A stretch of 64,000 bases of DNA from Candidatus Poriferihabitaceae bacterium. Lineage in GTDB: Bacteria > Pseudomonadota > Gammaproteobacteria > Arenicellales > Poriferihabitantaceae. The position numbers and the translations under genes were made by a program. Below the pieces are notes generated by a model, which saw nothing but the letters and a program-made list of their open reading frames with translations, had not been told where the DNA came from and ran no database searches. Positions 54,997 to 64,000 of this stretch are shown in pieces; positions within the stretch are counted from its first letter, which is position 1; each line of letters opens with the position of its first letter. The DNA is taken from the NCBI GenBank assembly GCA_965209105.1, contig CBDBQB010000015.1:1448-65447 (forward strand). The letters are read 5' to 3'.

Positions 54997-57240
54997 ATGT
55001 TATCTAAAAGAATCGAAACAGCGCTGGGCACCGCAGTCACTAAAGCACAGAACTTGCGCCACGAGTTTGTCACCATCGAACATCTATTGTTCGCGCTGAC
55101 GGATATCGAGTCTGTTCGAAAACTGATCGAGCAATTGGGCGGAAATGCCGGAAAACTTCGCGAAGATTTGGATCGATTTTTAAATGAGCAAATGCCCGTT
55201 ATCGATTTAGAAGAAGAGGTCGAAACGCAGCCCGGCATCGGTTTTCAGCGCGTATTGCGGCGTGCCATACTGCATGTGCAAAACGCGGGAAAAGACGAAG
55301 TACAAGGCACGAACATATTGGTGTCGATCTTAAGTGAACGGGATTCTCACGCTGCGTACTACTTAAATGCGCAAAATATAACGCGTTATGACGTCGTGAG
55401 CCAGCTCTCCCACGGCGTGACAGATATTGGTATGGACGATCCTCAGCTTGAATATCAAGAAGGCGAGGGCGTAGAGGCAGATCAACGCCAGAGTGCCTTG
55501 GAGGCCTATACCGTCAATCTCAACGTACGCGCGAGTGAGGGGAAAATTGACCCCTTAATAGGCCGCGAAATGGAACTACAACGGGCAGCACAAATCTTGT
55601 GTCGTCGGCGGAAAAATAATCCCTTATTTGTGGGTGAAGCGGGGGTCGGTAAGACCGCGCTAGCCGAAGGTTTGGCGCGGCAAATTGTACGCAAAGAAGT
55701 CCCCGAAATTTTGGCCGATAGCACGATCTACGCTTTAGATATAGGTTCACTGCTGGCCGGGACAAAATATCGTGGTGATTTCGAAGAGCGTTTGAAATCG
55801 GTCATGAAAGAATTGCAGCAAGCGCCTGATTCGATTTTATTTATCGATGAGATTCACACTATTATAGGGGCTGGCGCAGTATCGGGCGGTGCGCTCGACG
55901 CGTCGAATTTACTCAAGCCTATGCTCGCAAACGGAGAGATCAAATGCATCGGTTCGACAACTTATCAGGAATATCGAAACATCTTTGAGAAAGATCGCGC
56001 GCTTTCGCGTCGCTTCCAAAGTATTAGCGTTGATGAGCCTACGGTTGATGAGGCGGTACAGATATTGATGGGTCTTAAATCTCGTTTTGAAGAACATCAT
56101 GAAGTTAAATACACCGCGCCAGCCTTGCGCTCGGCGGTGGAGTTGGCCGCTCGTTATTTAACCGATCGATTTCTACCCGATACGGCGATCGACGTGATGG
56201 ATGAGGCCGGTGCTAAGATGCGTTTGGCACCTGCGTCGAAACGCAAAAAAACGGTGGGCGTAAAAGACATCGAAGCAATCGTGGCCAGTATGGCACGCAT
56301 TCCGCCTAAGCAAGTTTCCACTGAAGACCGACAATCATTAAAGAGTCTCGAGCGCGATCTTAAGCTGGTGGTGTTTGGCCAAGACAAGGCAATCAGTACT
56401 TTATCGTCTGCCATCAAGCTATCGCGTTCAGGCCTTGGCGATAAAGATAAACCGATTGGTTCGTATTTATTTGCGGGGCCGACCGGGGTGGGTAAGACAG
56501 AAGTCACCAAACAATTGGCGCATACCTTGGGTATCGAGCTGATTCGGTTTGATATGTCTGAGTATATGGAGCGGCACACCGTGTCTAGGCTCATAGGTGC
56601 GCCCCCAGGCTACGTAGGCTTTGATCAGGGTGGCTTATTGACCGAAGCGGTAAATAAGCATCCTCACGCAGTCCTGTTACTCGATGAAATCGAAAAGGCG
56701 CACCCTGATCTATTTAATATTTTGTTACAAGTCATGGATTATGGAACCTTGACGGACAATAACGGCAGAAAATCTGATTTTCGCAATGTCATCATCGTAA
56801 TGACGACAAACGCCGGCGCTGTCGATGCGGCGCGTGGCACCATGGGTTTTCTTGAAAGAGAGCGATCGCACGACAACAGTGAGGCGATCAAGAAAACATT
56901 TAGCCCCGAATTTAGGAACCGACTTGATTCCGTTGTCTCGTTTGCACCATTGGACGAAGGAACCATATTGCACGTGGTAGGCAAGTTTATTTTAGAGCTC
57001 GAACAGCAGTTAGAAGAAAAACACGTTGTCATAGAGGTTGATGATGAGGCACGAAATTGGTTAGCTGAAAAAGGGTATGATAAATCCATGGGTGCGCGGC
57101 CAATGGCTCGAATTATTCAAGAGCACATCAAACAACCACTGGCAGAAGATTTGCTGTTTGGTAAATTGATGAAAGGGGGGTCGGTGGTGGTCAGCGTTAA
57201 GGACGATAAGCTGGTTTGTCAGGTAAACGAAAAAACTTAG
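54997..57240 (+). CDS. clpA: ATP-dependent Clp protease ATP-binding subunit ClpA
   Basis: ATG at 54997 (MLSKRIETALG...). Two AAA+ modules (GEAGVGKTA; GPTGVGKTE). No middle coiled-coil of ClpB length. It follows clpS. Confidence 0.95.
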   Translation: MLSKRIETALGTAVTKAQNLRHEFVTIEHLLFALTDIESVRKLIEQLGGNAGKLREDLDRFLNEQMPVIDLEEEVETQPGIGFQRVLRRAILHVQNAGKDEVQGTNILVSILSERDSHAAYYLNAQNITRYDVVSQLSHGVTDIGMDDPQLEYQEGEGVEADQRQSALEAYTVNLNVRASEGKIDPLIGREMELQRAAQILCRRRKNNPLFVGEAGVGKTALAEGLARQIVRKEVPEILADSTIYALDIGSLLAGTKYRGDFEERLKSVMKELQQAPDSILFIDEIHTIIGAGAVSGGALDASNLLKPMLANGEIKCIGSTTYQEYRNIFEKDRALSRRFQSISVDEPTVDEAVQILMGLKSRFEEHHEVKYTAPALRSAVELAARYLTDRFLPDTAIDVMDEAGAKMRLAPASKRKKTVGVKDIEAIVASMARIPPKQVSTEDRQSLKSLERDLKLVVFGQDKAISTLSSAIKLSRSGLGDKDKPIGSYLFAGPTGVGKTEVTKQLAHTLGIELIRFDMSEYMERHTVSRLIGAPPGYVGFDQGGLLTEAVNKHPHAVLLLDEIEKAHPDLFNILLQVMDYGTLTDNNGRKSDFRNVIIVMTTNAGAVDAARGTMGFLERERSHDNSEAIKKTFSPEFRNRLDSVVSFAPLDEGTILHVVGKFILELEQQLEEKHVVIEVDDEARNWLAEKGYDKSMGARPMARIIQEHIKQPLAEDLLFGKLMKGGSVVVSVKDDKLVCQVNEKT

Positions 57241-57316
57241 ACGAGCATCAAAGTGGGTTTGCTATTGCTAGAGAAGGTCTAATTGCTTAGGCTAAGCCAG
57301 AGCCAAATTTACAAGA

Positions 57317-59188
57317 TCAGAGATTGTTATCCGGCAGCCGCTTGGTTTCTATCCGATCAAACACTAACCGCCCCTTGCCGCTGAAATATATTTTAGGCTC
57401 TGCGATATCAACGTGATCTATTTTGACGGTAAGTAGGATTTCTTGATCACCCGCGTGAATGAACTCTTCAGCCAACACTTTGGGTATTCTTCGTGAAATA
57501 ACTTTTACATCGCCGATCACTTCACCTGCTTGGCCGATGGCATCGAGAAAAAATCGAATTTCGTAAGTGCCAGGTAAATAGTATTGTTGGTACCCATAGC
57601 CGACAATCCCAGCCTTGTCCGGTGCCTCGCTTACATGCTTTATATCACCTTCGATTGATATATTTTTCCCTGTTAATGCCCCCATCTTTTCTGCGTGATA
57701 AATTGGTATTTTCCCATCGAATGGTATGATACGTTGTGCAGGCTGAGGGTAGTGTCCATTGATAACATAGACAGGCCGATTTGGGTATAAGTGATATAAG
57801 GCGTGACGGACTCCTTTTGTTTCGCGGACGATAAGTGGGTCTGAATCTAAACCAAGGGCGTTCCATGAATTTTCAGATAAAATACTCTTATACACGTGAT
57901 TTAAAATCACAATTGACCCAGGAGGAACACCGCGAATAACGTTCTGAAATGCTGCTTTGTAGTCATTGCGGATAGTAATTTTTAAAGCTTCGGCATTAAA
58001 AGTTTTAAGCGCTTGTGTCGATACAATGATTGCTATAAATCCAATAGAAAATAGTGCAACCCACCTTGGGAAATGCCAATTTATGTTGATGAATTTAGTC
58101 ATTCCGAGTCCTGCACCCAACACAATGAATACAAGCGTTTCGTAATAGTAAACAGGTGCAAGTTCGACAATTCCCTCGAACCAAAATGCCACGTAACTTA
58201 GCCACACGAGTAGCGTAGCGAGGATCATACTGCCACTGACATGACGCCGATAACCATATAATGCTAAGCCGAGCCACACGACTAGTGAACCTTTAAACCC
58301 CCATAATTTGGAGTTAAGCTCAGAAATATTATCGCGGATAAAGCCCCAGCCCCTCTCTATGGTATGGTCATAACCGTGGCGATTCCCGAATCCAATATCA
58401 TCGCTTGGATCGTAATATAGATACGTGGATAGAAAAGGGTCGCCGGTGGCCGCTGCATTATAGGCGAGAAGAATTACTCCACCCAATGCAGCACAACCGG
58501 AAAAAATAAGGGTTGAAACGATCTCTTGTCTCGATTTAGACTTCAACAGGTGAGCGATAGAATCAATAGCAAAGGGCAAGGCGATCCAAAAAGCGGTGTA
58601 GGTTCGATCAAGAAATAGAAAAGCCCACGCAAGACCGGCGATTGCGGCGTAGCGGTATTTATGTTCTTGCCGCCAAACCAGATACGACCACATCATGAGC
58701 GCTGTTGCCGCAAATGCCGAGGTATGACTGAGAACAGAACCTTGCAGCAACCAGAAGTAAGGACTTAAAAATAGTAAGCCAATCGTTATCCATATTGGAA
58801 TCTTAAGCCGTTCGCCAGCCTTACTTAGAAACCATACCGCAATAAACACAGCAACGGCTGTCATGAGTCTAGGATAGCCCACCAAGACACCCGGAATAAG
58901 CCACACCGCCTGCGCAGGAGGGTAGCGAGATAGCCAACCCGCTTGGTCGTCACAGATCAACATTTGATGAAAAAATGCCTCTCTTAAAGGAGGGCATTCC
59001 AATCGCATTTCCCCTTGAGAAAACAGCCAAGCCTGGAAAAGATAGCTATTTTCGTCGGTGGTAAGGTATTCCTTTAAGTAGACGTGTTCACCAATCAATA
59101 ACGCCCCAAATGCGGCAATAAGGCCGAGTAGAATACGAAGTCCGAGTTGAGCTTGGCTGGAATGCCAGAAGTTATTAGCCGTATTCAT
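57317..59188 (-). CDS. GT-C-fold membrane glycosyltransferase (ArnT/PMT, GT39/83-like) with ~190-aa C-terminal soluble domain
   Basis: 623 aa with ~11-12 TM segments. An early-loop acidic motif (TTDENSY) is followed by ...YPP..., as in ArnT/PMT-type enzymes. The family call rests on architecture and motif only. Confidence 0.6.
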   Translation of the reverse strand: MNTANNFWHSSQAQLGLRILLGLIAAFGALLIGEHVYLKEYLTTDENSYLFQAWLFSQGEMRLECPPLREAFFHQMLICDDQAGWLSRYPPAQAVWLIPGVLVGYPRLMTAVAVFIAVWFLSKAGERLKIPIWITIGLLFLSPYFWLLQGSVLSHTSAFAATALMMWSYLVWRQEHKYRYAAIAGLAWAFLFLDRTYTAFWIALPFAIDSIAHLLKSKSRQEIVSTLIFSGCAALGGVILLAYNAAATGDPFLSTYLYYDPSDDIGFGNRHGYDHTIERGWGFIRDNISELNSKLWGFKGSLVVWLGLALYGYRRHVSGSMILATLLVWLSYVAFWFEGIVELAPVYYYETLVFIVLGAGLGMTKFININWHFPRWVALFSIGFIAIIVSTQALKTFNAEALKITIRNDYKAAFQNVIRGVPPGSIVILNHVYKSILSENSWNALGLDSDPLIVRETKGVRHALYHLYPNRPVYVINGHYPQPAQRIIPFDGKIPIYHAEKMGALTGKNISIEGDIKHVSEAPDKAGIVGYGYQQYYLPGTYEIRFFLDAIGQAGEVIGDVKVISRRIPKVLAEEFIHAGDQEILLTVKIDHVDIAEPKIYFSGKGRLVFDRIETKRLPDNNL

Positions 59189-59434
59189 TAAAGTTTAGGT
59201 ACGGAGAAGCTTGGTTTTTTGCATACGGATGCAAGTGAGCCTGTATTAATCTATCGGCGTAAGTATCAAAGGGTCACCAATTATAATCCTTAAAATTGGT
59301 TTTAGGCGGACGTTTCTTAGAGATTAAAGAAAGAAAGGAGGAAGTGGGGTTTGAGAGGGCAAGCGTCCTTCAGTTAATGTGTCCGCTAAAGTAGGGGAAG
59401 CTCCGCTCCGTTTGGCAGGGCGTTAGGAGAGAAA

Positions 59435-59947
59435 CTAATCCCAGTTCTGCGCCGATGATATATCAATGCCGAGATCTTCTGGATTGTTTCCCCCCATATC
59501 ATCTTCATCCTCGGTGGCTTCATTCTCGAAGGGTTTAACTTCGCTGCGCTCCAGTAAGCTCATTGCGACCTCAACAAAGTCGTATTCAGTGATGATGCCG
59601 ACTAAGTGGCCATTATTGACGATAGGCAAACAGCCGTGGCGAGAGTTATGAATATATTGTGCGGCCTTTAATGTGCCGGTTTCTGGCGAGATGCTGACAA
59701 CGGGCGTTGTCATGATATCGCCCAGCGGAGTGTCGCTGTTGTCGGTCGGGTTGCTGTTAAGATTTGAGCTGCTGGCTGCTAATACGTCTCGGTGGCTAAT
59801 TATGCCAACCAACTGGTCTTCGTGATCAACAATAGGAATGTGATGAATGTGTTTTTCATTCATTATCTCATGCGCTGTTCCCAATGTATCTTCTGGAGCA
59901 AGCCGAATTGGGTCAGGCGTCATGATGGATTCTACGCTGATCATCAA
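59435..59947 (-). CDS. CBS-pair domain protein with acidic C-terminal tail
   Basis: Two CBS motifs (IMTPDPIRL...HHIPIVD...LVGIISHRDV; IMTTPVVSI...GCLPIVNNGHLVGIITEYD), then EATEDEDDMGGNNPEDLG. Confidence 0.85.
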   Translation of the reverse strand: MMISVESIMTPDPIRLAPEDTLGTAHEIMNEKHIHHIPIVDHEDQLVGIISHRDVLAASSSNLNSNPTDNSDTPLGDIMTTPVVSISPETGTLKAAQYIHNSRHGCLPIVNNGHLVGIITEYDFVEVAMSLLERSEVKPFENEATEDEDDMGGNNPEDLGIDISSAQNWD

Positions 59948-60056
59948 TGCACCTCGTTCGCTATTTTATAATGAGTCTAGTCCTTTGAAATCGGCGGCGC
60001 AACAACTTTAGTATCGTTATAAATAGATTAATCGACTTGATTCTATATTTCTAGCC

Positions 60057-61349
60057 TTAGCTTAAGCCAAAGTAAAAGCAGTAAATTACGGAAATGATTC
60101 CAGAAGGTAGGATAGCAAGTAATTTATATTTTTGATGCTCAGGTCGATACAAAATATTAGCGAGAGCGATGATAAATAGCGGGCTTAAAAATAAAAAATA
60201 TTTTGTCTTTAACATCCATTCAAAGCTTCGAAGTGCCCATATTATATAAATTATTATGGTGGGTATAGCGATGCTGGTGATTAGTGTGGCTTGATGCTTA
60301 ATGAGCAAATTTGCGCCACCTAGAACGGCAAGTAAGGTAGTAGGTAGCCCAGCAACTAAGATCAGCCAAAGCAACCAAATAGGGAAATCCTTATTGTGGA
60401 TATTATTTCTATCTGGGCGACCATGCCTTTCTGGTATGGTGAAAAAGCTATGGTCTGTCCAGAGTTGCCCATAATGGGAAGATAAGAATTCGTGTGAGTA
60501 GACGCTGAATTCGCCAAGATCTTTAGTCGTGTCTTCCGTAAAAGTATTTATTATTCGAGGTAAGCTAAATTTCGTAAAACTATATAAGTCGGCGTAGTTA
60601 CGGTGCTCCGAAATATTATTGCCAGGAAATGGAGTGCCATAGTCTTTTACGTTGTTTAGGTAAGGAAATGCGCCAAGCATTAAGACAATAATTGTATAGG
60701 TCGCGCCGTTTCTTAAGGTTGATGTTTGTCTGTTTTTAAGCCATTCGAATAATAATATTAGGCCTAATATTACGGCGATTATCGCACCTGTATATTTTGT
60801 TAGTGCGGCTAGTGCTATAAAAATAGAAGCAAGAATCAGAGGTTTTAGGTGTCGATTCTTTTGATACTTTTCGAAATAATATACTGCTGCTACGACGAAG
60901 GTAGACATCAACATGTCTGACTCTATTGCGTGTGAAGATATGACGATAACGGGCAAAAACGATAGTAATGCCAGCATCAGGTAGTCAAACAGTTGGCCTT
61001 GATGAATCCTGTGTTGTAAATAGACTTTATAAGCGTAATAAATATATACAAGTGAAATTACATTTAGAAACGTAGCTAACCCAATTAGTTGATGGGTTCG
61101 ATCGCCTCCAAAATAATCAATGACGATAAAAACGCAATTTCCGATCAAAGAAAAAAGAGGCGGGTGGTAGCAAACCCAGCAGTCGTCTTTAGTCGCTAAT
61201 ACCCCATTTTCATAAAAGTGTACGACGACATTTGAATAAAAATCATATACATAGCCATCGGGATAGGGCGAATAGATGGCGAGTAAAATATGCAGTACGC
61301 CTATAATTACAATTAAGGGGATTAGTATTGTTTTGTTATTAATGCTCAC
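60057..61349 (-). CDS. GT-C-fold membrane glycosyltransferase-like protein (PMT_2/ArnT-like), A+T-rich gene
   Basis: 430 aa, polytopic, Y/F/I/L/K-rich. GTG start preceded by GGAGAA. The short first-loop motif and overall topology resemble the DUF2142/PMT_2 type. No soluble domain. Confidence 0.5.
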   Translation of the reverse strand: MSINNKTILIPLIVIIGVLHILLAIYSPYPDGYVYDFYSNVVVHFYENGVLATKDDCWVCYHPPLFSLIGNCVFIVIDYFGGDRTHQLIGLATFLNVISLVYIYYAYKVYLQHRIHQGQLFDYLMLALLSFLPVIVISSHAIESDMLMSTFVVAAVYYFEKYQKNRHLKPLILASIFIALAALTKYTGAIIAVILGLILLFEWLKNRQTSTLRNGATYTIIVLMLGAFPYLNNVKDYGTPFPGNNISEHRNYADLYSFTKFSLPRIINTFTEDTTKDLGEFSVYSHEFLSSHYGQLWTDHSFFTIPERHGRPDRNNIHNKDFPIWLLWLILVAGLPTTLLAVLGGANLLIKHQATLITSIAIPTIIIYIIWALRSFEWMLKTKYFLFLSPLFIIALANILYRPEHQKYKLLAILPSGIISVIYCFYFGLS

Positions 61350-61557
61350 CTATTTGGGTTCTCCGAGTAGATTAGGTTTGAAGAATTTTGTCGTGATTTC
61401 ATTGTGTATTTTCGAGAATTTGATGAGTACAGTGGGGATAAATTTTTAGCGCTAGCTGAAGATCGTTGGACATCAGATCGCTCTGAATATTTGGGTCTGT
61501 GAACGCTACAAAACATACAACTTTTATCAATTATGATTAATAGAGATATAGGGCGTC

Positions 61558-62694
61558 TCATGGAACGTCATTAAGCTTGAGAATATACAATTCTCCCGCT
61601 TGCTTCATGTTGCCCGCCATGGCTTCAGCGCGCGGGCCTGTGCCCCAAAACAAATCCGCGCGCAGCTGCCCCTTGATTGCTCCGCCGGTATCTTGTGCCA
61701 TGACTAATTTTTGTAAAGGCGCGTTATACGCGTCCGGATAGGTGGTGTTGATCCAAATTGGACTGCCCAGTTCTATAAAATTTGGGTCGATGGCGAGGCT
61801 ACGTTCGGGTGTTAAGGGAACGTTTAAAGAACCATTTGGGCCGTTTGATGTGTCGTTCTTTAGGGTAAAAAATACATAGCTTGGGTTTTCGTTTAATAGC
61901 GTCTGAGATCGCTCTGGATTTTGTTTAAGCCAAGCGCGGATCGTAAATAGACTGACGTCTTCAAGTTTGAGTTCACCCATTTCGATGAGCCGTTTACCAA
62001 TCGAAACATAGGCGTGACCGTTTTGATTGGCGTACGCTGCACCCACTACACTGCCATCAGGCAGCTGGACTCTTCCCGAGCCTTGAATTTGTAGGAAAAA
62101 AGCTTGATCCAAATCATCCACCCAGAGTAATTCTTGACCCTTTAACGGGGAATCACGTTGATCAATTTCCGCCCGAGCGTAGTAAGGAATCACTTTTTTG
62201 CCAACCAAGCGACCTCTAACACGCTTGCCTTTTAAATCAGGGTATATCTCGCCGAGTTCGATGATTAGCATGTCGTCGGGCGCACGGTACAAAGGATAGC
62301 GATACCGTTCGTCAGCGCTGAGAGAGCCTTGCAGCAAAGGTTCGTAGTAGCCAGTGATCATGCCTTTTTTCCTGCCCCGCTCGCCATTTAGAACGTGTGG
62401 CGTGAAATATTTCTCAAAAAATACTTTCGCCTGACTGTCTGTGATTTTAGGCTGTGCGTCTGATAAGGCTTGGGCGGCATTACAAACCTCGGACCATTTA
62501 GGTTGTTTGATCAAACGTGTACAACTTTTTTGCAAGGGTGCCATGGCGTCACTGTGATGATCGGCTTGCCAGCCGGGTAGCGAGTCAAAGCTAACGGCTT
62601 TTCCGACGCCAGCGCGCTGGGGGCCAAAGGTATTACAAGCGCTGACTAAAGCGATCAGGGCTAATAAAACAGCGGAATAACATGTTGATTTCAT
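61558..62694 (-). CDS. mltA: murein transglycosylase A (lipoprotein)
   Basis: Lipobox LVSAC. MltA/3D-domain motifs (TGYYEP, QGSG.V, D(T)GGAIKG..R.D.F.G). Confidence 0.9.
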   Translation of the reverse strand: MKSTCYSAVLLALIALVSACNTFGPQRAGVGKAVSFDSLPGWQADHHSDAMAPLQKSCTRLIKQPKWSEVCNAAQALSDAQPKITDSQAKVFFEKYFTPHVLNGERGRKKGMITGYYEPLLQGSLSADERYRYPLYRAPDDMLIIELGEIYPDLKGKRVRGRLVGKKVIPYYARAEIDQRDSPLKGQELLWVDDLDQAFFLQIQGSGRVQLPDGSVVGAAYANQNGHAYVSIGKRLIEMGELKLEDVSLFTIRAWLKQNPERSQTLLNENPSYVFFTLKNDTSNGPNGSLNVPLTPERSLAIDPNFIELGSPIWINTTYPDAYNAPLQKLVMAQDTGGAIKGQLRADLFWGTGPRAEAMAGNMKQAGELYILKLNDVP

Positions 62695-63332
62695 TGCAAA
62701 AATGGGTTGTGTCGACGTTCTTGTCCAATGGTCGAGATTGGTCCGTGTCCGGGAATGAATTCCACCTCGTCCTCCAAAATGAACAATTTGGCCTTTATCG
62801 AATTTATTAGGTCGGCGTGATTGCCGCGCGGGAAATCTGTACGGCCGATGCTACCTTGGAAAAGTACGTCACCCACCACCGCGAGTTTTGATGGCGCATG
62901 ATAGAACACGATATGTCCCGGCGTATGACCGGGGCAATGCATCACTGAGAGCGTTTGATCGCCGATAGAAACTTCGTCACCATCATCCAACCATCGGCTC
63001 GGTGTAAAGCTGCCACTGTGTTCTAAGTTAAGCATTTCACCGTATTCGTCAAGTGAGTTAAGTAGAAACTGATCGTCAAGATGAGGCCCAACAATTGGAA
63101 CGCCTGTCAGCTCAGCGAGTTCAGCCGTTGCCCCAATATGATCAATATGGCCGTGCGTGAGTAATATTGATTCCAACTGCACACCTTTCTCTTCGATGGA
63201 TCGTAATATTTTATCGATGTCCCCGCCGGGGTCAATCACCGCGGCCTTTTGTGTTTTTGTACACCACAATAAGGAAGAGTTTTGCGCAAACGCCGTGACC
63301 GGCGTGATGGCGTAGCACAGGCTTTTAGGCAT
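62691..63332 (-). CDS. MBL-fold metallo-hydrolase (glyoxalase II/YcbL-like)
   Basis: THGHIDH, CPGHTPGH and GD..F motifs. The ATG at 63332 (MPKSLCYAITPV...) is preferred over the one at 63368. Confidence 0.85.
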   Translation of the reverse strand: MPKSLCYAITPVTAFAQNSSLLWCTKTQKAAVIDPGGDIDKILRSIEEKGVQLESILLTHGHIDHIGATAELAELTGVPIVGPHLDDQFLLNSLDEYGEMLNLEHSGSFTPSRWLDDGDEVSIGDQTLSVMHCPGHTPGHIVFYHAPSKLAVVGDVLFQGSIGRTDFPRGNHADLINSIKAKLFILEDEVEFIPGHGPISTIGQERRHNPFLQ

Positions 63333-63383
63333 AGATGGAATGGGTATAATTGAACATCGTAACAGCACACGATTTTAAACCAA

Positions 63384-63761
63384 ATGAATATCCATTTTCT
63401 TGATGCCCACCAATTTACTGTCACAAATTTAGACGATGACGGCTTTAACGTTACGGCGGAAAAGCCAGTTTATGAACTCACAGCATTGGCAACATTTGTA
63501 TTGTCATTGGCGCGCTGTACCTTTTCTGTGCTTTGGGTATACGGCTCGCGTAAAGACGTGGATCCTGACACCATTGAAATGGCGATGTCTTGGACATTTG
63601 ATCACGAACCTACTCGGTTTAAGCAAATCACCATGGACATATTTTGGCCTGCACTCGAAGAAAAAAAATTACCGGCGGCGCAAAATATGGCGGAGCAATG
63701 TACGATTCATCACACGATACATGATTGTGTTGATATTTCGACCAAAGTACGGACGATCTAG
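63384..63761 (+). CDS. OsmC/Ohr-family protein
   Basis: ~125 aa with two conserved Cys contexts (LSLARC and AEQCTIHHTI), as in the OsmC family. Confidence 0.6.
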   Translation: MNIHFLDAHQFTVTNLDDDGFNVTAEKPVYELTALATFVLSLARCTFSVLWVYGSRKDVDPDTIEMAMSWTFDHEPTRFKQITMDIFWPALEEKKLPAAQNMAEQCTIHHTIHDCVDISTKVRTI

Positions 63762-63817
63762 CGGTGTCATTCGCTATGATTGAGCGAGCTGATCTTGGTT
63801 CGAAAATACGGAAAGTG

Positions 63818-64000
63818 TTAAAAATACCAGATCGCAACCACCCCTGCGGCCTTAAATCCTTGTGCTGCCCAGCGTGGGGGCTGTTTGCCAAATAATCGCC
63901 AACTGTCTAGTATCGCAGGAATGGCCAATAGCGCGAGCACCTGATCGGTAGAAAGCCTGCTGGCTCGTGAAATGCCTGTTGCATCACCATCATCGTGGTG
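63818..64000 (-). CDS. 3' end (61 codons) of an unidentified gene entering from the right edge
   Basis: The open frame from the window edge reads ...HHDDGDATGISRASRLSTDQVLALLAIPAILDSWRLFGKQPPRWAAQGFKAAGVVAIWYF*. I recognise no family. Confidence 0.35.
   Translation of the reverse strand, partial: HHDDGDATGISRASRLSTDQVLALLAIPAILDSWRLFGKQPPRWAAQGFKAAGVVAIWYF

Noticed and set aside
54813-57089. Antisense ORFs within clpS/clpA (54813..55238-, 56154..56594-, 56739..57089-) and similar ones within glnE, infB, nusA and rne (e.g. 6049..6423-, 37321..37617-, 44299..44604+).
   Set aside because: Each lies fully inside a highly conserved gene on the other strand or frame and has no recognisable motifs. 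I treat them as chance ORFs.
1-64000. I looked for CRISPR arrays, rRNA genes, long tandem arrays and prophage/integrase signatures.
   Set aside because: I saw no regularly spaced direct repeats, no rRNA-like sequence, and no integrase or phage structural genes. The only repeats found are the IS/MITE termini, the IS66 target duplication and the 11-bp doublet reported above.

Overview
This window looks like a chromosomal segment of a moderately A+T-rich gammaproteobacterium, judged from gene order only; no finer taxon can be named from sequence alone. About three quarters is conserved housekeeping: tsaD (5' part), aat-bpt-infA, rpmB-rpmG, glnE, lepA-lepB-DUF4845-rnc-era-recO, the initiator-tRNA-led rimP-nusA-infB-rbfA-truB operon, rne, fabG-acpP-fabF-mltG-tmk-holB-pilZ-tatD, yggX, an A-type Fe-S carrier, clpS-clpA and mltA. 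Accessory patches interrupt this backbone. (1) 9.4-14.8 kb holds a visibly G+C-richer peptide/nickel-type ABC importer operon with a fused permease-ATPase. It is followed by an extradiol dioxygenase, an IS5-family element with a frameshifted transposase, a GlcG-like gene and a secreted HYR-like protein. (2) 26.3-33.5 kb holds a DUF2130 gene appended to recO, a secreted YHYH protein preceded by a perfect 11-bp tandem repeat, and a deletion chimera joining a cytochrome-c-peroxidase-like 5' end to a 5'-truncated OmpR-type response regulator. It also holds an intact IS66 element with an 8-bp target duplication that rewrote the stop codon of a MOSC gene, and a Tat-signal Thr/Pro-tailed protein. (3) 40.6-43.7 kb holds two TauD/TfdA-type dioxygenases flanking a membrane di-iron hydroxylase, at the position where rpsO-pnp normally follows truB. 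(4) At 53.58-53.74 kb there is a 161-bp MITE whose termini match the IS5-family element 37 kb away. (5) 57.3-61.3 kb holds two GT-C-type membrane glycosyltransferases, one conspicuously A+T-rich, around a CBS-pair gene. I found no CRISPR array, rRNA gene or recognisable defence operon. The most system-like unexplained loci are the oxygenase trio, the DUF2130 gene, the orphaned YHYH module and the GT-C/CBS cluster. All functional calls rest on motif recognition and gene order, not database searches.
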